A stretch of 64,000 nucleotides of DNA, taken from the NCBI RefSeq assembly GCF_009914755.1, contig NC_060934.1. One strand, 5' to 3'. The notes beneath the pieces were generated by a model. It worked only from the letters and a program-made list of their open reading frames with translations, was not told where the DNA came from and made no database searches. The position numbers and the translations under genes are program-made. The first letter of the stretch is position 1; each line of letters opens with the position of its first letter. Positions 10,900-27,443 of this stretch are shown in pieces. The DNA comes from the human T2T-CHM13v2.0 reference genome, Homo sapiens.

Positions 10900-11622
10900 G
10901 CTTTGCAGCTTTTAGAGAGACACACACCGGGAGCCGAGGCTCCAGTCTCCGGCCGAGTCTTCTAGCAGCCGCAACCCACCTGGGGCCAGCCCAGAGCTGC
11001 CAGCGCCGCTCGGCTCCCTCCCTCCCTCCCGGCCCTTCGGCCGCGGCGGCGTGCGCCTGCCTTTTCCGGGGGCGGGGGCCTGGCCCGCGCGCTCCCCTCC
11101 CGCAGGCGCCACCTCGGACATCCCCGGGATTGCTACTTCTCTGCCAACTTCGCCAACTCGCCAGCACTTGGAGAGGCCCGGCTCCCCTCCCGGCGCCCTC
11201 TGACCGCCCCCGCCCCGCGCGCTCTCCGACCACCGCCTCTCGGATGAACAGGTTCCAGGGGAGCTGAGCGAGTCGCCTCCCCCGCCCAGCTTCAGCCCTG
11301 GCTGCAGCTGCAGCGCGAGCCATGCGCCCCCAGTGCACCCCGGCCCGGCCCACCGCCCCGGGGCCATTCTGCTGACCGCCCAGCCCCGAGCCCCGACAGT
11401 GGCAAGTTGCGGCTACTGCGGTTGCAAGCTCCGGCCAACCCGGAGGAGCCCCAGCGGGGAGCGCAGTGCTGCGCCCCCCGCCCCCGCGCGCCCCGCAGCA
11501 GCCGGGCGTTCACTCATCCTCCCTCCCCCACCGTCCCTCCCTTTTCTCCTCAAGTCCTGAAGTTGAGTTTGAGAGGCGACACGGCGGCGGCGGCCGCGCT
11601 GCTCCCGCTCCTCTGCCTCCCC
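10900..11622 (+). other. PAX2: Long GC-rich 5'UTR of canonical PAX2 exon 1 (TSS approximate)
   Basis: GC-rich sequence upstream of the ATG. The exact TSS cannot be read from sequence. Confidence 0.5.
11555..11622 (+). CDS. PAX2: Extension segment used only when spliced from the distal exon (V-LKLSLRGDTAAAAALLPLLCLP); otherwise part of the exon 1 5'UTR
   Basis: Pyrimidine tract ccctccccca ccgtccctcc cttttctcct followed by CAAG| at 11551-11554; frame is open and continuous into MDMHCK. Confidence 0.7.
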
Positions 11623-11665
11623 ATGGATATGCACTGCAAAGCAGACCCCTTCTCCGCGATGCACC
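11623..11665 (+). CDS. PAX2: PAX2 exon 1 coding part (MDMHCKADPFSAMH + phase 1)
   Basis: Recognisable PAX2 N-terminus; donor ACC|GTGAGT at 11665/11666; 43 nt. Confidence 0.98.
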
Positions 11666-13009
11666 GTGAGTACCCGCGCCCGGCTCCTGTCCCGGCTCGG
11701 GGCTCTCCGTCCCAACCCTGTCCAGTCCCAGCGTGGCCCCGGCCCCTCGCGCTCAGGTCCCATCTTGGAGGCCTCCCTGGCTTCTGGTCCCTCTTTTCGT
11801 TCTTTCTCTCCCTCGCCCGGTGTTTCTAATGCCTCCAGTTTCTCTCCTGCCTTCTGTCACCCATTCTTACCTCTCTGTCTGCCTGCCTTCCTACCTTCCC
11901 TGATCCCTATCACCTGCCTTTGCTCTTTCTATCCGCTCCTTCTTAGGTCATGGGATCCACGGCCTCGGAGCCCTGGTTCCAGCCACCCTCTCCCTAGTCA
12001 GCCTCTTGCCCTGGGCTGGGGGGCAAATTAGCAGGCAGTTTTCAGGGTGTTGTTTTGTTGTTTTCTCTGTCTTTTCTCTCTTTCTCTCTTCCTCTGTTTG
12101 CCTCCCTCTCCTGTCTCCCCACATCTTTATCTTTCTCAAACTTAAGAGTCGTGGGGTCCAGGAGACTCCAAGAGTATTCAGCCTCAGTGTCAGGACAATT
12201 GGGCAGAAGAGTGTGGGGGTGGGGTGCCCCCTTCTGACCCTCATCTCTCAGCATCTCCAGGCCCTTCCAGCCCAGCATAGGCTTCTTGTGGGTTGGTTTG
12301 AAATATTTTCTTCCTCTTCCTTTCTTTCCCATCCCCCTTCCCTTGCCTTCCCTTCCCTTCACATTGGGAATCCCAGGTTGTCAAGACACGATGGTCATCT
12401 TTCCCTGCCTCTGCCTGGGGGATGCTCTAAAAACAAAGAGGGGCTCCGAGAAGAAATCGAAGTCAGGGAGAGAGCCAGCAGCGCAGCCTTCCAGGTGGGC
12501 CCCCGGCAGAGTGCAGCTCTGCTCTCAGCTCTGGAGGCTCCTTGCCTAGACTGCCGACTCCCCATTGAGGATCACGCAGCCAGCAACCTGGCCAGGGGGT
12601 CAGCAAAGAGCAAAAAATGAGGGGGAAAGAACAAAAGGAAAGCAAATGCCAAAGCTGAGGAGAAAGGAAAAGAGAAATCCAAACACGGGAAAGGAAATTA
12701 AAGAAAGAAAGTTGACATGATGTTACAGAAGAAAAGGGAGAAGGGAGAAAAAAATAGAGAAAAGAGGGAATTATTTTAATAAAATTTGAATTTATGCCAT
12801 GTCTTTAGCTTGAAAAACTATTCTGAGATTTTTTTTGCAGGCTTTTTTTTTTAAAAGCTAAAATTCTAAATAGAAAACTCCTCCCTATCTGCAGATTAAT
12901 AATTAAGGATAATTTGTAACTTTTCACAAGGAAACTTTAGACCTGGCTTGGACCTGTGTTTAGGACAAGAGAGCCGAGGAGGGAGAGCTGTGTTTTTCGC
13001 TAATCATAT

Positions 13010-16254
<3,245 letters not shown>

Positions 16255-19200
16255 TGAGCAAGCCACCCGGGTTTTCAGGGCTGGACTCCAGCTCCTGGCT
16301 CCTGCCTGCAGGGGTGTCCCACGCCCAGTCTCTGCTCTTTGTCCAGCCTCTGCCCTTTCTCCCTGCTTCCAGCCCCAAATCCTTCTGTCAGAGAAAGGGA
16401 ACCTGTGAGGCAGAGAGTTAGACAGACAGACAGGGCTGTCTGCAGTTCAGGGCTGGGTATTCCCTGCCAGGCTTCTCCCGCCGGCGTCCTGGAAATGAAT
16501 CCAAGTGTTTGTGGTAATTAAGACTCCAAGATTACGAGCATCCAGCCTTGGGATCTTGAGACAATCACAGCCTGCAGCCGGAGCCTTTAAAATGACCAGT
16601 GTCTATTCATCCCTCCAAACAGACTGGCCTTTCTAAAGGCTGCTCCTTCCCCAGGGGCCGCCGCTTGTCCTGGCTCCCTCACCCTCCCTGCCAACTCCCA
16701 CAAAGCTCACCTCCCAGGAGTCTGGTCTTGCTAGCCAGCTCCACACAAATTTCTGGCCTGTAGGCACTGGGATCCGGGCTTGCAGAACAAATGCCAACCA
16801 CCAGCCAGCAACTGGCAGGGAGTAGAGGAGCTGGACAAGGAGGGAGTGCCAAGCAGGGAGGGAGAACTCCAGACTTTGAGACTGAACCTTGGGTGATACC
16901 CTCAACCACCTAAGGTGCCTGTCTCCAGGCTGAAGTCTTTGCACTGATGACAGGCTCACACACGTGAGGACAGCACAGGGCTGAGTCAGCTTGACGTGTA
17001 GGATATTTAGGTCTCCTGGTCTCCAAACCCCTCCAGTGTGCTCTCGGGGAGAACACATGTGCACACTCCATGCATGTCCACCCTAGCCAGTGTGCCAATA
17101 TGCCTATCTGTGGTAGCTACAGAACATACAAGCAGCACTGGGCTCAGGAACCCAGGCTGGTTTCAAGATCACAGAACTGTACAAACTGACAGTTGTTCAC
17201 AGAGTCCCTGCACAAGTCACACACCAGCCTTGGCCCCCCATTTTGAGACACCCCAAAATGAAAAGAGGGCTAAGCAGTTCATACCTTTGTTATTTTTTGC
17301 ATTCTTCATAAGCTCATTATCAGGGCAACTAATAATTCACATGGTGCCTTATTCTGAAATTGGCATCACATATAAAGGATTTTTTAAATATTTTGCAAAT
17401 GATATGGAATTATCCCAAATCATCCTGAAAACAGCAGGTAAAATTAGCTGGTAGAATGTACCTTGGCTAAAGAAGATTCCCTCTGCCACACTCGTGCTGT
17501 AATGTACTGCGAGGCGACCCCAGAAATTATCCCAGTGTGTGCCATCTGTATTAAAATGGTTATCCAGTTATGAACAGGGTAACATAATACTGATCAGCTA
17601 ATTATACACCCTCCGAAAACCCTCCAGCTCCCTCGGCCTGGCTCAGCCAGGTATTGAAAGCATAGCGATTTGACATTCAGATACCTTCCAAAGGAGCTGG
17701 AGAAAGACGCTGGGTGGTTTGGGAGAGGAATAAGCCCTTTGCTTTAAAAGCCAGGAGAGGAGGCTGGGGCAGCTTTGGGCTGAGGCAAGAGTGGCACTTC
17801 GGGAGGGGAAGGGGACAAAGCATTGTTTTATGAGCCATGTAGAGACTCAGTCTCTTCGCTGATTGCTGGTCCTGGGCATGAGTTGGAACTGAGATCTCAA
17901 GAGAAGAACAGCCAAGGGCCAAGAGTGGCCCTGCTGTGTGCAGTGTTGCTGGGACTGGGTAGTGGTCTTCTGCAGAACATTTAAGAGAAATGCTTGTTGT
18001 CAGTAACAGAATTTTCAAGCCTTTGGAGAAACCCAAGTCATGTAGGATTTAGGTAATTTGTTTCTCTTGAATGGGGTAGAGGAGTGGCGCAACAAGTCAG
18101 GTGTGGTGGCCCCGTCCAACACCCCCTGCCCCTCCCCTCAACAACATGCACTCCTCATTGGCTGAGATGATTTTGGAAGCTGGCTTAGGCATAAGTTTGG
18201 AAATACTTCTATCCTGAAAAGCCATGGAGAACAAGGGCCAGGTGACCCTAGGATCAAGCTCCAGAGGTCTTGAGGTGCACCCACCAGAATTAGGACAAAG
18301 TAGACAAGTGAGCCACAAGTGAGATGAGGGTGGGGAAAGAGTAGCCTCAGCTTGACAGCTGTGACAGCTGCAGAACCTGCCCAGCACAGAGCCCTATCAC
18401 CTGAGGGGCACACAGGCTTCCTTTGGGTGTGGAGAAATAGCCATCTGTGGGCAGATGTTGCTGGAGATGGAGAGGGAGTAGGAGGAGAGGAACAGGTAAG
18501 CCACCAACAACACGGGCAGCCTACCCTGGGTCCGTAGTTAGGCTTCATGGCTGGCTTTGTCTACAAGGAGCAGGAAAACTATTCTCAATTTTGCTTTTGT
18601 CCAGAATCCTCTCATGGTTCATATTTTGGAAAGAATTCTGGGGGCTTCCCTGTGTGCTGCTGAGTTGGGGCTGGAGAAATCCACCTGGGGAACCACGCTC
18701 TCATCTTCATCCCTGTAGGTGCTTTTTGCTCTGAAGAGGGAAGGTTTATCTGAGATGTATTGTTTCACCCAAAAGCCTGATAAAAACAGGATGTTTCTGC
18801 TAGTGCTGGTTATATCAGAAACTTTGCCTTTTATCAGTTCTGGGAATTCTCACTCACTGTAGGAAGAGCCCGGAGATTTTCCTGTGTGCACAAAGTGTGG
18901 TGCACCGGGGAACGGGTGGTTCTTGAGTTTAGAGCTTTGTTGGTAGTGACCTGCCCACTTGTGTTGGGTACTTTATAACAGTTATGAGTAAGGTTGTGCA
19001 TGAGCTGGTGGTTGGCAAGAAAAGAAGTCCACACATGCTCACCCACCTGAGCTAGTGGTTTTTCATCTTCTCCTTCCCAAAACAGATGCTGTCGCCACAC
19101 TTGAAATATGCTGTTATGGTTATAAACTAAATTGCTTTTTTCACTCTTTAAAAATGGTTTTGGCATTCTCTGATTCTGTTGTGATAAAGGCCTGGCCATC

Positions 19201-21765
19201 CAGCCTGTATTCTCCACTAGCAAATCCTCAGAAATGCCTCTCTGAACCAGAGGACTGGGTCAGGAAGGCCTCCCCACTGCCACAAACCACGTTCAAAAAT
19301 CCCAAGGCTTGACTGGGCTCCTTAGCATGTGGAATTTATCTGAATCTTTCTAAACATTGGGTTACCAATGGCTGAGCATGGAGTTGCCAGCTTTTTGGTT
19401 TGTACACCGCTGCTGTAAAGGGCAGGTGTTTATAAACAGGGGACTTTAGATTGAAACCTGGTGTGGGACATGGCCTGGAGAGGGGAGAGGTGGAGGGAGA
19501 TCCATGCTACTGAAAAAGGAAAAAGTCGTCTAGTTACATAGCTGAGCAATTGTCTAAGCAGGAGGGATTTTCCTGATTATATGCCAAAATCTTCTGGTTT
19601 GGCTGTTACTCTGGGCAGAGAATACACCTCCTTTGAAAGAACAGGCACAGACCCCAAATAGAGTCTGGGGTTACTGACAATCCCCCGAGGGTGCTCTTTT
19701 GGGAAGAGCTGACAATAAGGGTGTCACCTTCTAACTTTTTTAGCTTGCCTAACACTCTTTGGAGTCAGGGCACTCTCTGCCCCTAGATCTTTGGAGTGGA
19801 CCCTGGCAGAATCAACTTCTCACGGATCTCCCACTATCCACACTCTCTCTTAGCCTGTTAGGCTCTAGGTGAGTACATTCATTCTCCTAGCAGTGGCAAC
19901 CCAGGGCTGTGTTAAGGAATTCCATCCTGTATCATTTGGGTGTCCCTCTTCTGTCATTCTCAGGTCTTTGAGTCATTCTCAGGTCATTGTTCCCCTTGGG
20001 TCAGGCAGTGGGGTGACAATGGTCTACTAGTTGTTCGTTCAAAGACCTTTCCAAATAAGCTGGGAGCTATTAATCCTAGCCCCGTGAATGTTGAAGATAT
20101 GTTCCGGGCTAGGGTCTGTTTCTCCCTCTCTGAAACTCAGGTTCCAGAACATTGCCTATTCTACTCTTGGACCTGGCTTGGCATGAAGCTTGGCCAGAGG
20201 GGTGGTACTGCCTACCACATCTCCATATCTTTGTAGCTGTTTGGTGGTCAGGGCTGTTGGTCTCATGGCAAAGAGACAGGGCAAGTTGGAGAGTTCAGAA
20301 AAAGACTTCTATCCACAGAGGAATGGCAGAAACAAGGACAGGGAACTCACCTTCTGTGGCCTGAGCCTAGCAGATTGGGCCCACAAATAGCAGACCAACA
20401 TGCCAATTTCTGTCAGAGAAGCCTCGCTCACCTGTCCTTTCCCAGAGACAGTCCCCTACTGTGAGGTTACCCATCATTGGAATAACATTTGAAACAGGCA
20501 TGATGGTTGAAATTCTCATTCCTTAAAATGAGCTGGAGTTGTCCTCCTGAAAAGCCTCTTTTTGTTTTTGTAGTTGTTTTAGCCTGGGCTTCCTGGCCCA
20601 CAGTCCTGTTGGTCTGACTGTCTCCCTGTTGGCTGGTTCTGTGGGTGTTCAGGCTACAAAAGGGGTTTCTGGTGAGAGCAATTGCTGCTTGCCCTGCCTT
20701 CCTACCTCAGCTGGCAACTCTCGAGAAGAGGCAGACAGGAGGCACTGGGCCTGACAACAGCTCCAGGTGCATTTCAGAAGGTGACGCAAAGAAGAAAAGA
20801 GAGGGAAAACCCAAAATGAATAAATAAATAGTGTCCCAACTGTTCTGAGAACTCAATAAAACAATCACATCAAATATGAAGAGGCATAAATCTTGTGTCT
20901 GCACAGGTAACCTACTCAATTGCTTTTATTATCGCTCAGGCTGCCTCCATTTATTACCGTTCATGGCCTGGGCAAAGGAGGCTGCGTGGAGGGTGGTCTC
21001 CAGTGCAATCCTACACCCTGAGAGGCAACAATCAGCCCATACAGCCAGAGATTTCGATGGGAGCCCAGGAAGGGCCCATCTGTCTGCATGAAAACCAATC
21101 AATAACTCTGTAACCAGAGCCCTTGTCACAGGGAAATGGACAACACAACAGTTCAATAGAGGGGCCACAGGGGGAATTAGCCAAGTGGAGATGGGGCCAA
21201 ACAGGAGCAGCCCCTAGAGAAGGGAAACAGGGGTGCCTGGAGTAGGGGAGATTAGGGAAGGGGTGGAGATGTGGCAGGGGAGAGCAATAGCTTCATATGC
21301 ATGTTGGTATTAGATGGGGAGTATTGTGCAAAATAGACCCAGGGAATGACAGGCAATGTTGGAAGTTGAGGTGGTAGGGAACATGTGTTTTGGACAGCAT
21401 TTGGGAAATGGGCTTGTTCTGGTGCACATGGGAGAGTGTGACTATGCATGATGGCATGTGCTTGCGGACTAGAATGTTACAGCTTCTACAGAAAGAGGAA
21501 CAATAGTAGTAACTGGTGTGGAAGATTAATCACACTCCATACCCCCTAAAACCCCTCTGAAAAGGGGGTTCCTATGAGCCCACATGGGATAGGGGTCCTG
21601 CTTCCCAGTCTTCTTAGCAGGACTGATGAAAGAGCCCCATTGTCCGCTCCCAGCTTCTTAGGTGTCCAACAATAGCTACTCTGCAGGTTGCCTCTTAATA
21701 CTCAAGTCTATCTTCACCCCCTCCTTGTGTCTACCTGGAATTGGAGTTTTTATATTAAGAAGAGA

Positions 21766-22062
21766 ACAATGGTGTAAAAGTGACAAGCATCCAGTAGAAA
21801 TCATACTTCAAGTACCCAAACAACCATTCTGTTTCTCACTTTCAATACAGTATTCAATAAATTGCATGAGATATCCAACACTTTGGTATAAAATAGTCTT
21901 TGTGTTAGATGACTTTGGCCAACTGTAAATGTTTTGAGCATGTTTAAGGTAGGCTAGGCTGACCTATGATGTTCCATAGATTAGCTGTATTCAATGCATT
22001 TTCAACTTACAATATTTTCAACTTATCGAGCCATTACCCTGTTGTGAGTTAAGGAGCATCTG
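21766..22062 (-). mobile_element. Tigger4 (Zombi)-family DNA transposon fragment
   Basis: ggtaggctaggct...atgcattttcaacttacaatattttcaactta...gaggagcatctg-like terminus followed by TA; matches the recalled Tigger4 consensus. Confidence 0.75.
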
Positions 22063-23425
22063 TACACTGAAAATAATTTATTTTTCACTTCCTGTCCTTT
22101 AAAAGAATGCTCATCCGACCTGCCAGTTCTCTGCATCCCTGCTGTTTCTTCTCACACTTCCCCCGCCCCTCCAAGCCAGGTGTCCAGAGCTCAGATTCTT
22201 GCAGGGGAAGCAGCTTCAGGTGCAGCTATCCCCAGTGCAGCTCCCCAGCCATGCAGTTGAGTCCAGAGAAGGGGAAAGGGCTCCTGAAACTGAGATGTGG
22301 GAAATAGAGTCTCACAACCAATGCCCAAATAGCAAGTGAAATATTAGACAGCTGAAACATTAAATCACGTTTGGTTTTTCTATCTACCACTGAACTACTA
22401 GGTTGAGATGGTTTTCTCTTGTGGAACAGGCTATTTGTTTTGGGGCTAGCAAGGCATGGCTTGAATATATTCATGATGGTTTGCAGTGTAGAAGTTGATA
22501 TCTTCTGTGCGTGTGGATTTGTGTGTGTTTGTGGGTACCTACCTATGTCTGCTTTTAGGTGAAAAGGCCCTGAGGCCAAGAGGAGAAAAGGGAGGAAGGC
22601 TCACAGGACATGACCTGCAGTCACAGGCAAGGCTGGACACCTTGTACTTGGGCCATCAGATCAATTGGCAAGTAGTCATTGGGCCACTGGGCGAAGTGGC
22701 AGCAGCAATAAGGCTAGGCTGAAGATTCCTCATTTCACAGTCTAGGCAAATTGGAGCCACATTTTCCTTCAGTTATTTGCATTGTAACACTCTATAGTCC
22801 AGTTAACCCTGGATAAGAGGGGCTTTGCTACAATGATGCCACAAGAGCTGTGCGACCAGCTGTCCATCCTTACTTTGATACTTGGGTCCAAGCCCTGTTG
22901 GCAGGATTAGTTAGGGACCAATTGCATAAGCAGCCAAGAAGGCGCTCTTCCCAACACAATCCTTCCTCCAAAGCTGTGGTCCCGCAGTGGGAGGCATGGT
23001 AGCAGCCCTGGGACACAACGGTGGGCAGAGCTCACCCCAGGGCCAGCCTGCAAGTCTTTCCTCAATCATCCAGGTGTGAGGGGCATAGGGAAGAGGCTTA
23101 CTGTTTGTGAGAAATGCAGAGCTGGCCACTGCAGAAGGCTTGGGGTGTAGATGAGGCGTGATGGCAGAGGCAGCCTCAGGTCTCCTGAGGAAGGCTGGGC
23201 ACAGGGGAGCTGTTGAGGGTATGGGAAGCTAAAGAAGAATGGTCTGGCGCTGTAGGAGAGGGAGCAGCCTCTTGTAGGCTGGGAACTCTCAGGTAAGAGA
23301 GGAAGTGTGCAGGAAAGAGGTAGACAGGCGAGGCCGTAGAGCCAGGGTCCCCTCATGGCACATCCGCAATCAACCATGGGAGAAATGAGGCCCTTTCTTT
23401 TGTTTTCTGAGAGATAATGTAATGA

Positions 23426-23801
<376 letters not shown>

Positions 23802-26800
23802 GTCAGGTGCCATTCTATTCTAGAAACGTTCAGGTTTGTTGTAGGGATGTTGGGGGAAGGAAAGCAGTGCCCAGAAGTCCAGACTGGGGTTTGCCAAAAG
23901 CAATGATGGAGATGCGCTGTGGCTGCAGGAGTCATGAGCACAAAAGACTCCCAGGCCCCAGCAGGAAGAGGCTCCAGAATATGAGATGAAAAGTGGTGAG
24001 AACTGGACAAACAGCCGGAGCACATGGGCCCTGCCTGCAGGCAGTGATGCAGGAAGACCGGATTTTAAAAAACTCTCTGCTGACCGAATAAAACTCAACT
24101 TTGGGCCTGATTCCATCCATTGGCCAGCATTCAGCAGCCTTTGGTTGACCTGACTGGATGGACTTATCTCTCTGCCTTAGACCAGGGCAGTAACATCCAC
24201 GCAAGTGGAAGGGGATGGGACATTTCCTGGGTCCCTTGGTCCAGAAGCTCCTGGGGAAGGCAGTGGAGGAGAGATTATGACTCCCTATAGCCGGAGGAGG
24301 AGAGGTGGGGTGTGGGTAGGGAGAGGCAGAAAGTGAGGATGAGGACTGGGAGAGTGAGGCAGGAAGCGATGAAGCTGAGAGGTGGAAGGAAGGGCGCTGC
24401 CTTGGGCTGGACAGGGTTGTTCGGGATTGGAGCACATGGCTGAGCAGGAAATGGCACGGCAGAGCCCGCAAGGGGAGCTTGGATTTGCTCATCCGAGCTG
24501 GGGCCTTCAGTGGCCCTGCAAGGTCTTGGGGGTGGTGGGAGGAAACCTGAGCTCCAGGCATCTGGTAGTACAGGCTGATGGGCCCTGAGGAGGGGCCCAG
24601 AGGTGATGAAGGAGAAAGGGGAAGAGGAAGGTAAGCAGGTTTCTGAGAAGAGTATGGAGCGAAGGAAATGGCATGGGAGGAATAGCGGCCTGGCTGGAGC
24701 TATGCAGCCCTTTCTGAGAGGAAACCTCATGAGTGTGCCGCAATGGTCTGGCTGTGGCCCCTCTCGGCAGGCTGTGAGGCAGGCCAGCAGTGGCTCCAGC
24801 CTAGTCCCTGGCAGGCTGGAGAGGGAGAGTAGGAGAGCAGCCAAAAGGGAGGGAGGCAGGCCCCTGCCTGCTGGGGGTTGCAGATTCGAGAGCCATCTCC
24901 ACCCAGAGCCTTTGACCAGGTTGCTGTGGACTTCCTCCTCTGCCTGCCCTCAGTCCTGCCTGAACCACAGATTTCTCTCTGCTGCCACCTGGGAACAGAA
25001 CAAGCCAGGGACAGGACCGGTGGCTCCTGGCAGGGCTGAGGCAGGGCAGCAGGCTGGGAGGAGAACTGTGTTCACCCTGCAGGCACAGTAGAATCAAGAA
25101 ATCAGAGAGGAAGGATTGGAGAGGACTGGGAGAGAGGGGAGCAGGCAGAAAGGGAGAACAAAAGTGGCCCCTGAGCATGAGCAAATGGGAGTGAGCACTG
25201 GGGGCTGCTCTCCCTGGTCTTGGTGCTCCCTCTTGGCCTGGGGGTCTTTGCTGGGCCCAACTGCTCAGCCCATACCTGGCAGGCAGATGATAGAAGCTGA
25301 AGGGCATGAGGAGTCTGCAGGCAGCTTCTGGCCTGCAGGACATGGAGGCGGTCAGGAAGGAGACACTCATTCAGCCTCTTAGTCCAGAAGCTTTGATCCT
25401 GATTTTGGAGGGCAAGCAGTGGTGCCTGCCTTAGTGCGTTTTCCCAAGAGAAGTTGGTGATGTGTTGGGAGCCTCTGTGCATGGCTCTGCTTTGGAAAGA
25501 CTATGTGTGCTGGTGGTATCTAGCTAGGCCTGGCTTCTATGCCCTGGGAAGCTGTCTAAATGGCCCTGGCTCCCAGGGAACTCTCGAAAGGAGTCAGTCT
25601 TGTCAAACTGGGAGTTGGTGGTTTGCTATTCAGAAGGCTTCCGGCTAAAGGGATTGTTTGGTTCCAGAATGAAAGTCCCTGTTATCACTTTGATGGCCTG
25701 CCTGTTTGGGATGTTAGTTAATGTTCCCTGGAGAGCACGTGGTTGAATGGACAGTAGACATCCTGATGGGTCAATGAACAGGGGTTCTGAAAGGTACACA
25801 CAGGGTCCCGACACATCTAGTCTGTGTGCATGCACAAGTTTGGGGATGTGAACGCTTATGAGTAGTGTGCATTTGCTCTGCTGGATGAGTGAACCAAGCC
25901 ATGTGTGATGGCCAGGGTGGAGGGTGTGTGTAGTATCGCACTAGGAGAACTGGAAGCAGTTGTTTCTTGTGTGTCTGCTGACGTCCTCAAAGGGAGCATG
26001 TATTTAGGTAGAGACAAAGGTCAAGATAGTCACCTCCTTTTATCATTTGCAAAGTGGATACCACTATCCCTTCCCCCAGTCCCTTACTTTTCTTCCTCTT
26101 TCTCCTCCTCCTCCTCGTTCCTCAGGTTAGCTGGTTTGGGTTAGGGGGCCAATCTCAGAAGACTCTAATTAAAGAGTGAGGAGAATCTGATAAGATAAGG
26201 AAGGCCATCCTTCCTCTAGGGACCAATGGAGGTTTCATGTTCCTCACTCCCCGCTGCTTCTCTGAGGAGCTGACACTAGGGCAGGCAGCCTTCCGACTGT
26301 GACTGTCTGGAGTCTGGGAGAGCCAGAGAGAAGGAGGTGTGACTGGGGTTGGGACTCGGGTTCCTACCCATTTGCAATGGTCCTGGAAGGGAAAACCTAG
26401 CAGACTCCAGATGAGAGCGAGGGGAGGGTAGAAGAGAGAGTGCAGAAGTCAGGAAGAGAGAAGTGGGAGCCAGATGTGATCAACACAGATATGCCTCGCT
26501 AAGTCCTAGTTTTTGGCCACAGAAATGGACTGTACGGGGTGGGGTGTGGTACCTTTTTTTTTTTAATTAGGGAAGGGGCTATGAAGCCATTTAACCCATC
26601 TTTGGGGCTGAGCACTTAGCTCCTGCAGAGAGTACAGCCCTGGTTAGGGTTCAGCTCCTCCTAGAAACAATGCTCACCTGCGCTCTCGACCCTCCGCCCT
26701 CCCACCTAGCACATACACTTTTCTTTTTCCCCACCCTCGTTTCCTCTGAACTTGGCTCTGTGGATCAGGTCACTCCTGGCCCCATGGAGACAGCCAGGAA

Positions 26801-27443
26801 GGCCATGCAGACTCCCTTAGGAGATGACCTCCCAGGGTGGGTACAAAAAAAGTTGAGAGAAATTCATTTCATGGCCAGTGGCTGCTTAGAAAAGGCGATT
26901 CCAGCATCCGAATGTGATAAATGCTAACTGAGCATTAATCGCATTAAAGAGGGCCCTATAAACTTTTCACTTCTAATTAAATTTGTCCAGTGGTGCTGCC
27001 CAAGCGAGTACTCTGGGCCTTTGTTTATGTGGAAAATTAAAATGCAAATACAATGAGATTTATTTCCAGGAGTGGAGTGATGGGCTGGCCCCTCTGGCTA
27101 CTGGTCTCCAGGCCTGTCAGGTCAGGTGACTGCTTCTTTGGAGGTGCTATCCCCCTTGTGACAGATTCTTGTGTGAAGGGAGAGGCCAGAGTTCAAGGTC
27201 AAATAGAGTTAGTAAATGGGGAGAAGATGTAGAAAGAATTGAAGAGAAGGAGAAAAAGGCAATAGATTACCAGGAATATAGGGAGACATTATTCTGGTTT
27301 CCCACCCTCCTTCCCCACCAACTCACATCTCTAGGGGTATAGACCCCCAAAATCTTACTTGTTAATATCACCACAAGCCTCCTCTGAAGCTATGAGATGA
27401 AGGAGTACATGGGAGAGAGAATTTGGAGGAAGCAGCCCTGCCA

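Larger units (their letters stand above)
9480..11830. promoter_or_regulatory. PAX2: Main PAX2 CpG-island promoter (TATA-less)
   Basis: Very high CpG density around exon 1; (TCCC)n tracts; GATA cluster at 10585-10612. Confidence 0.85.
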
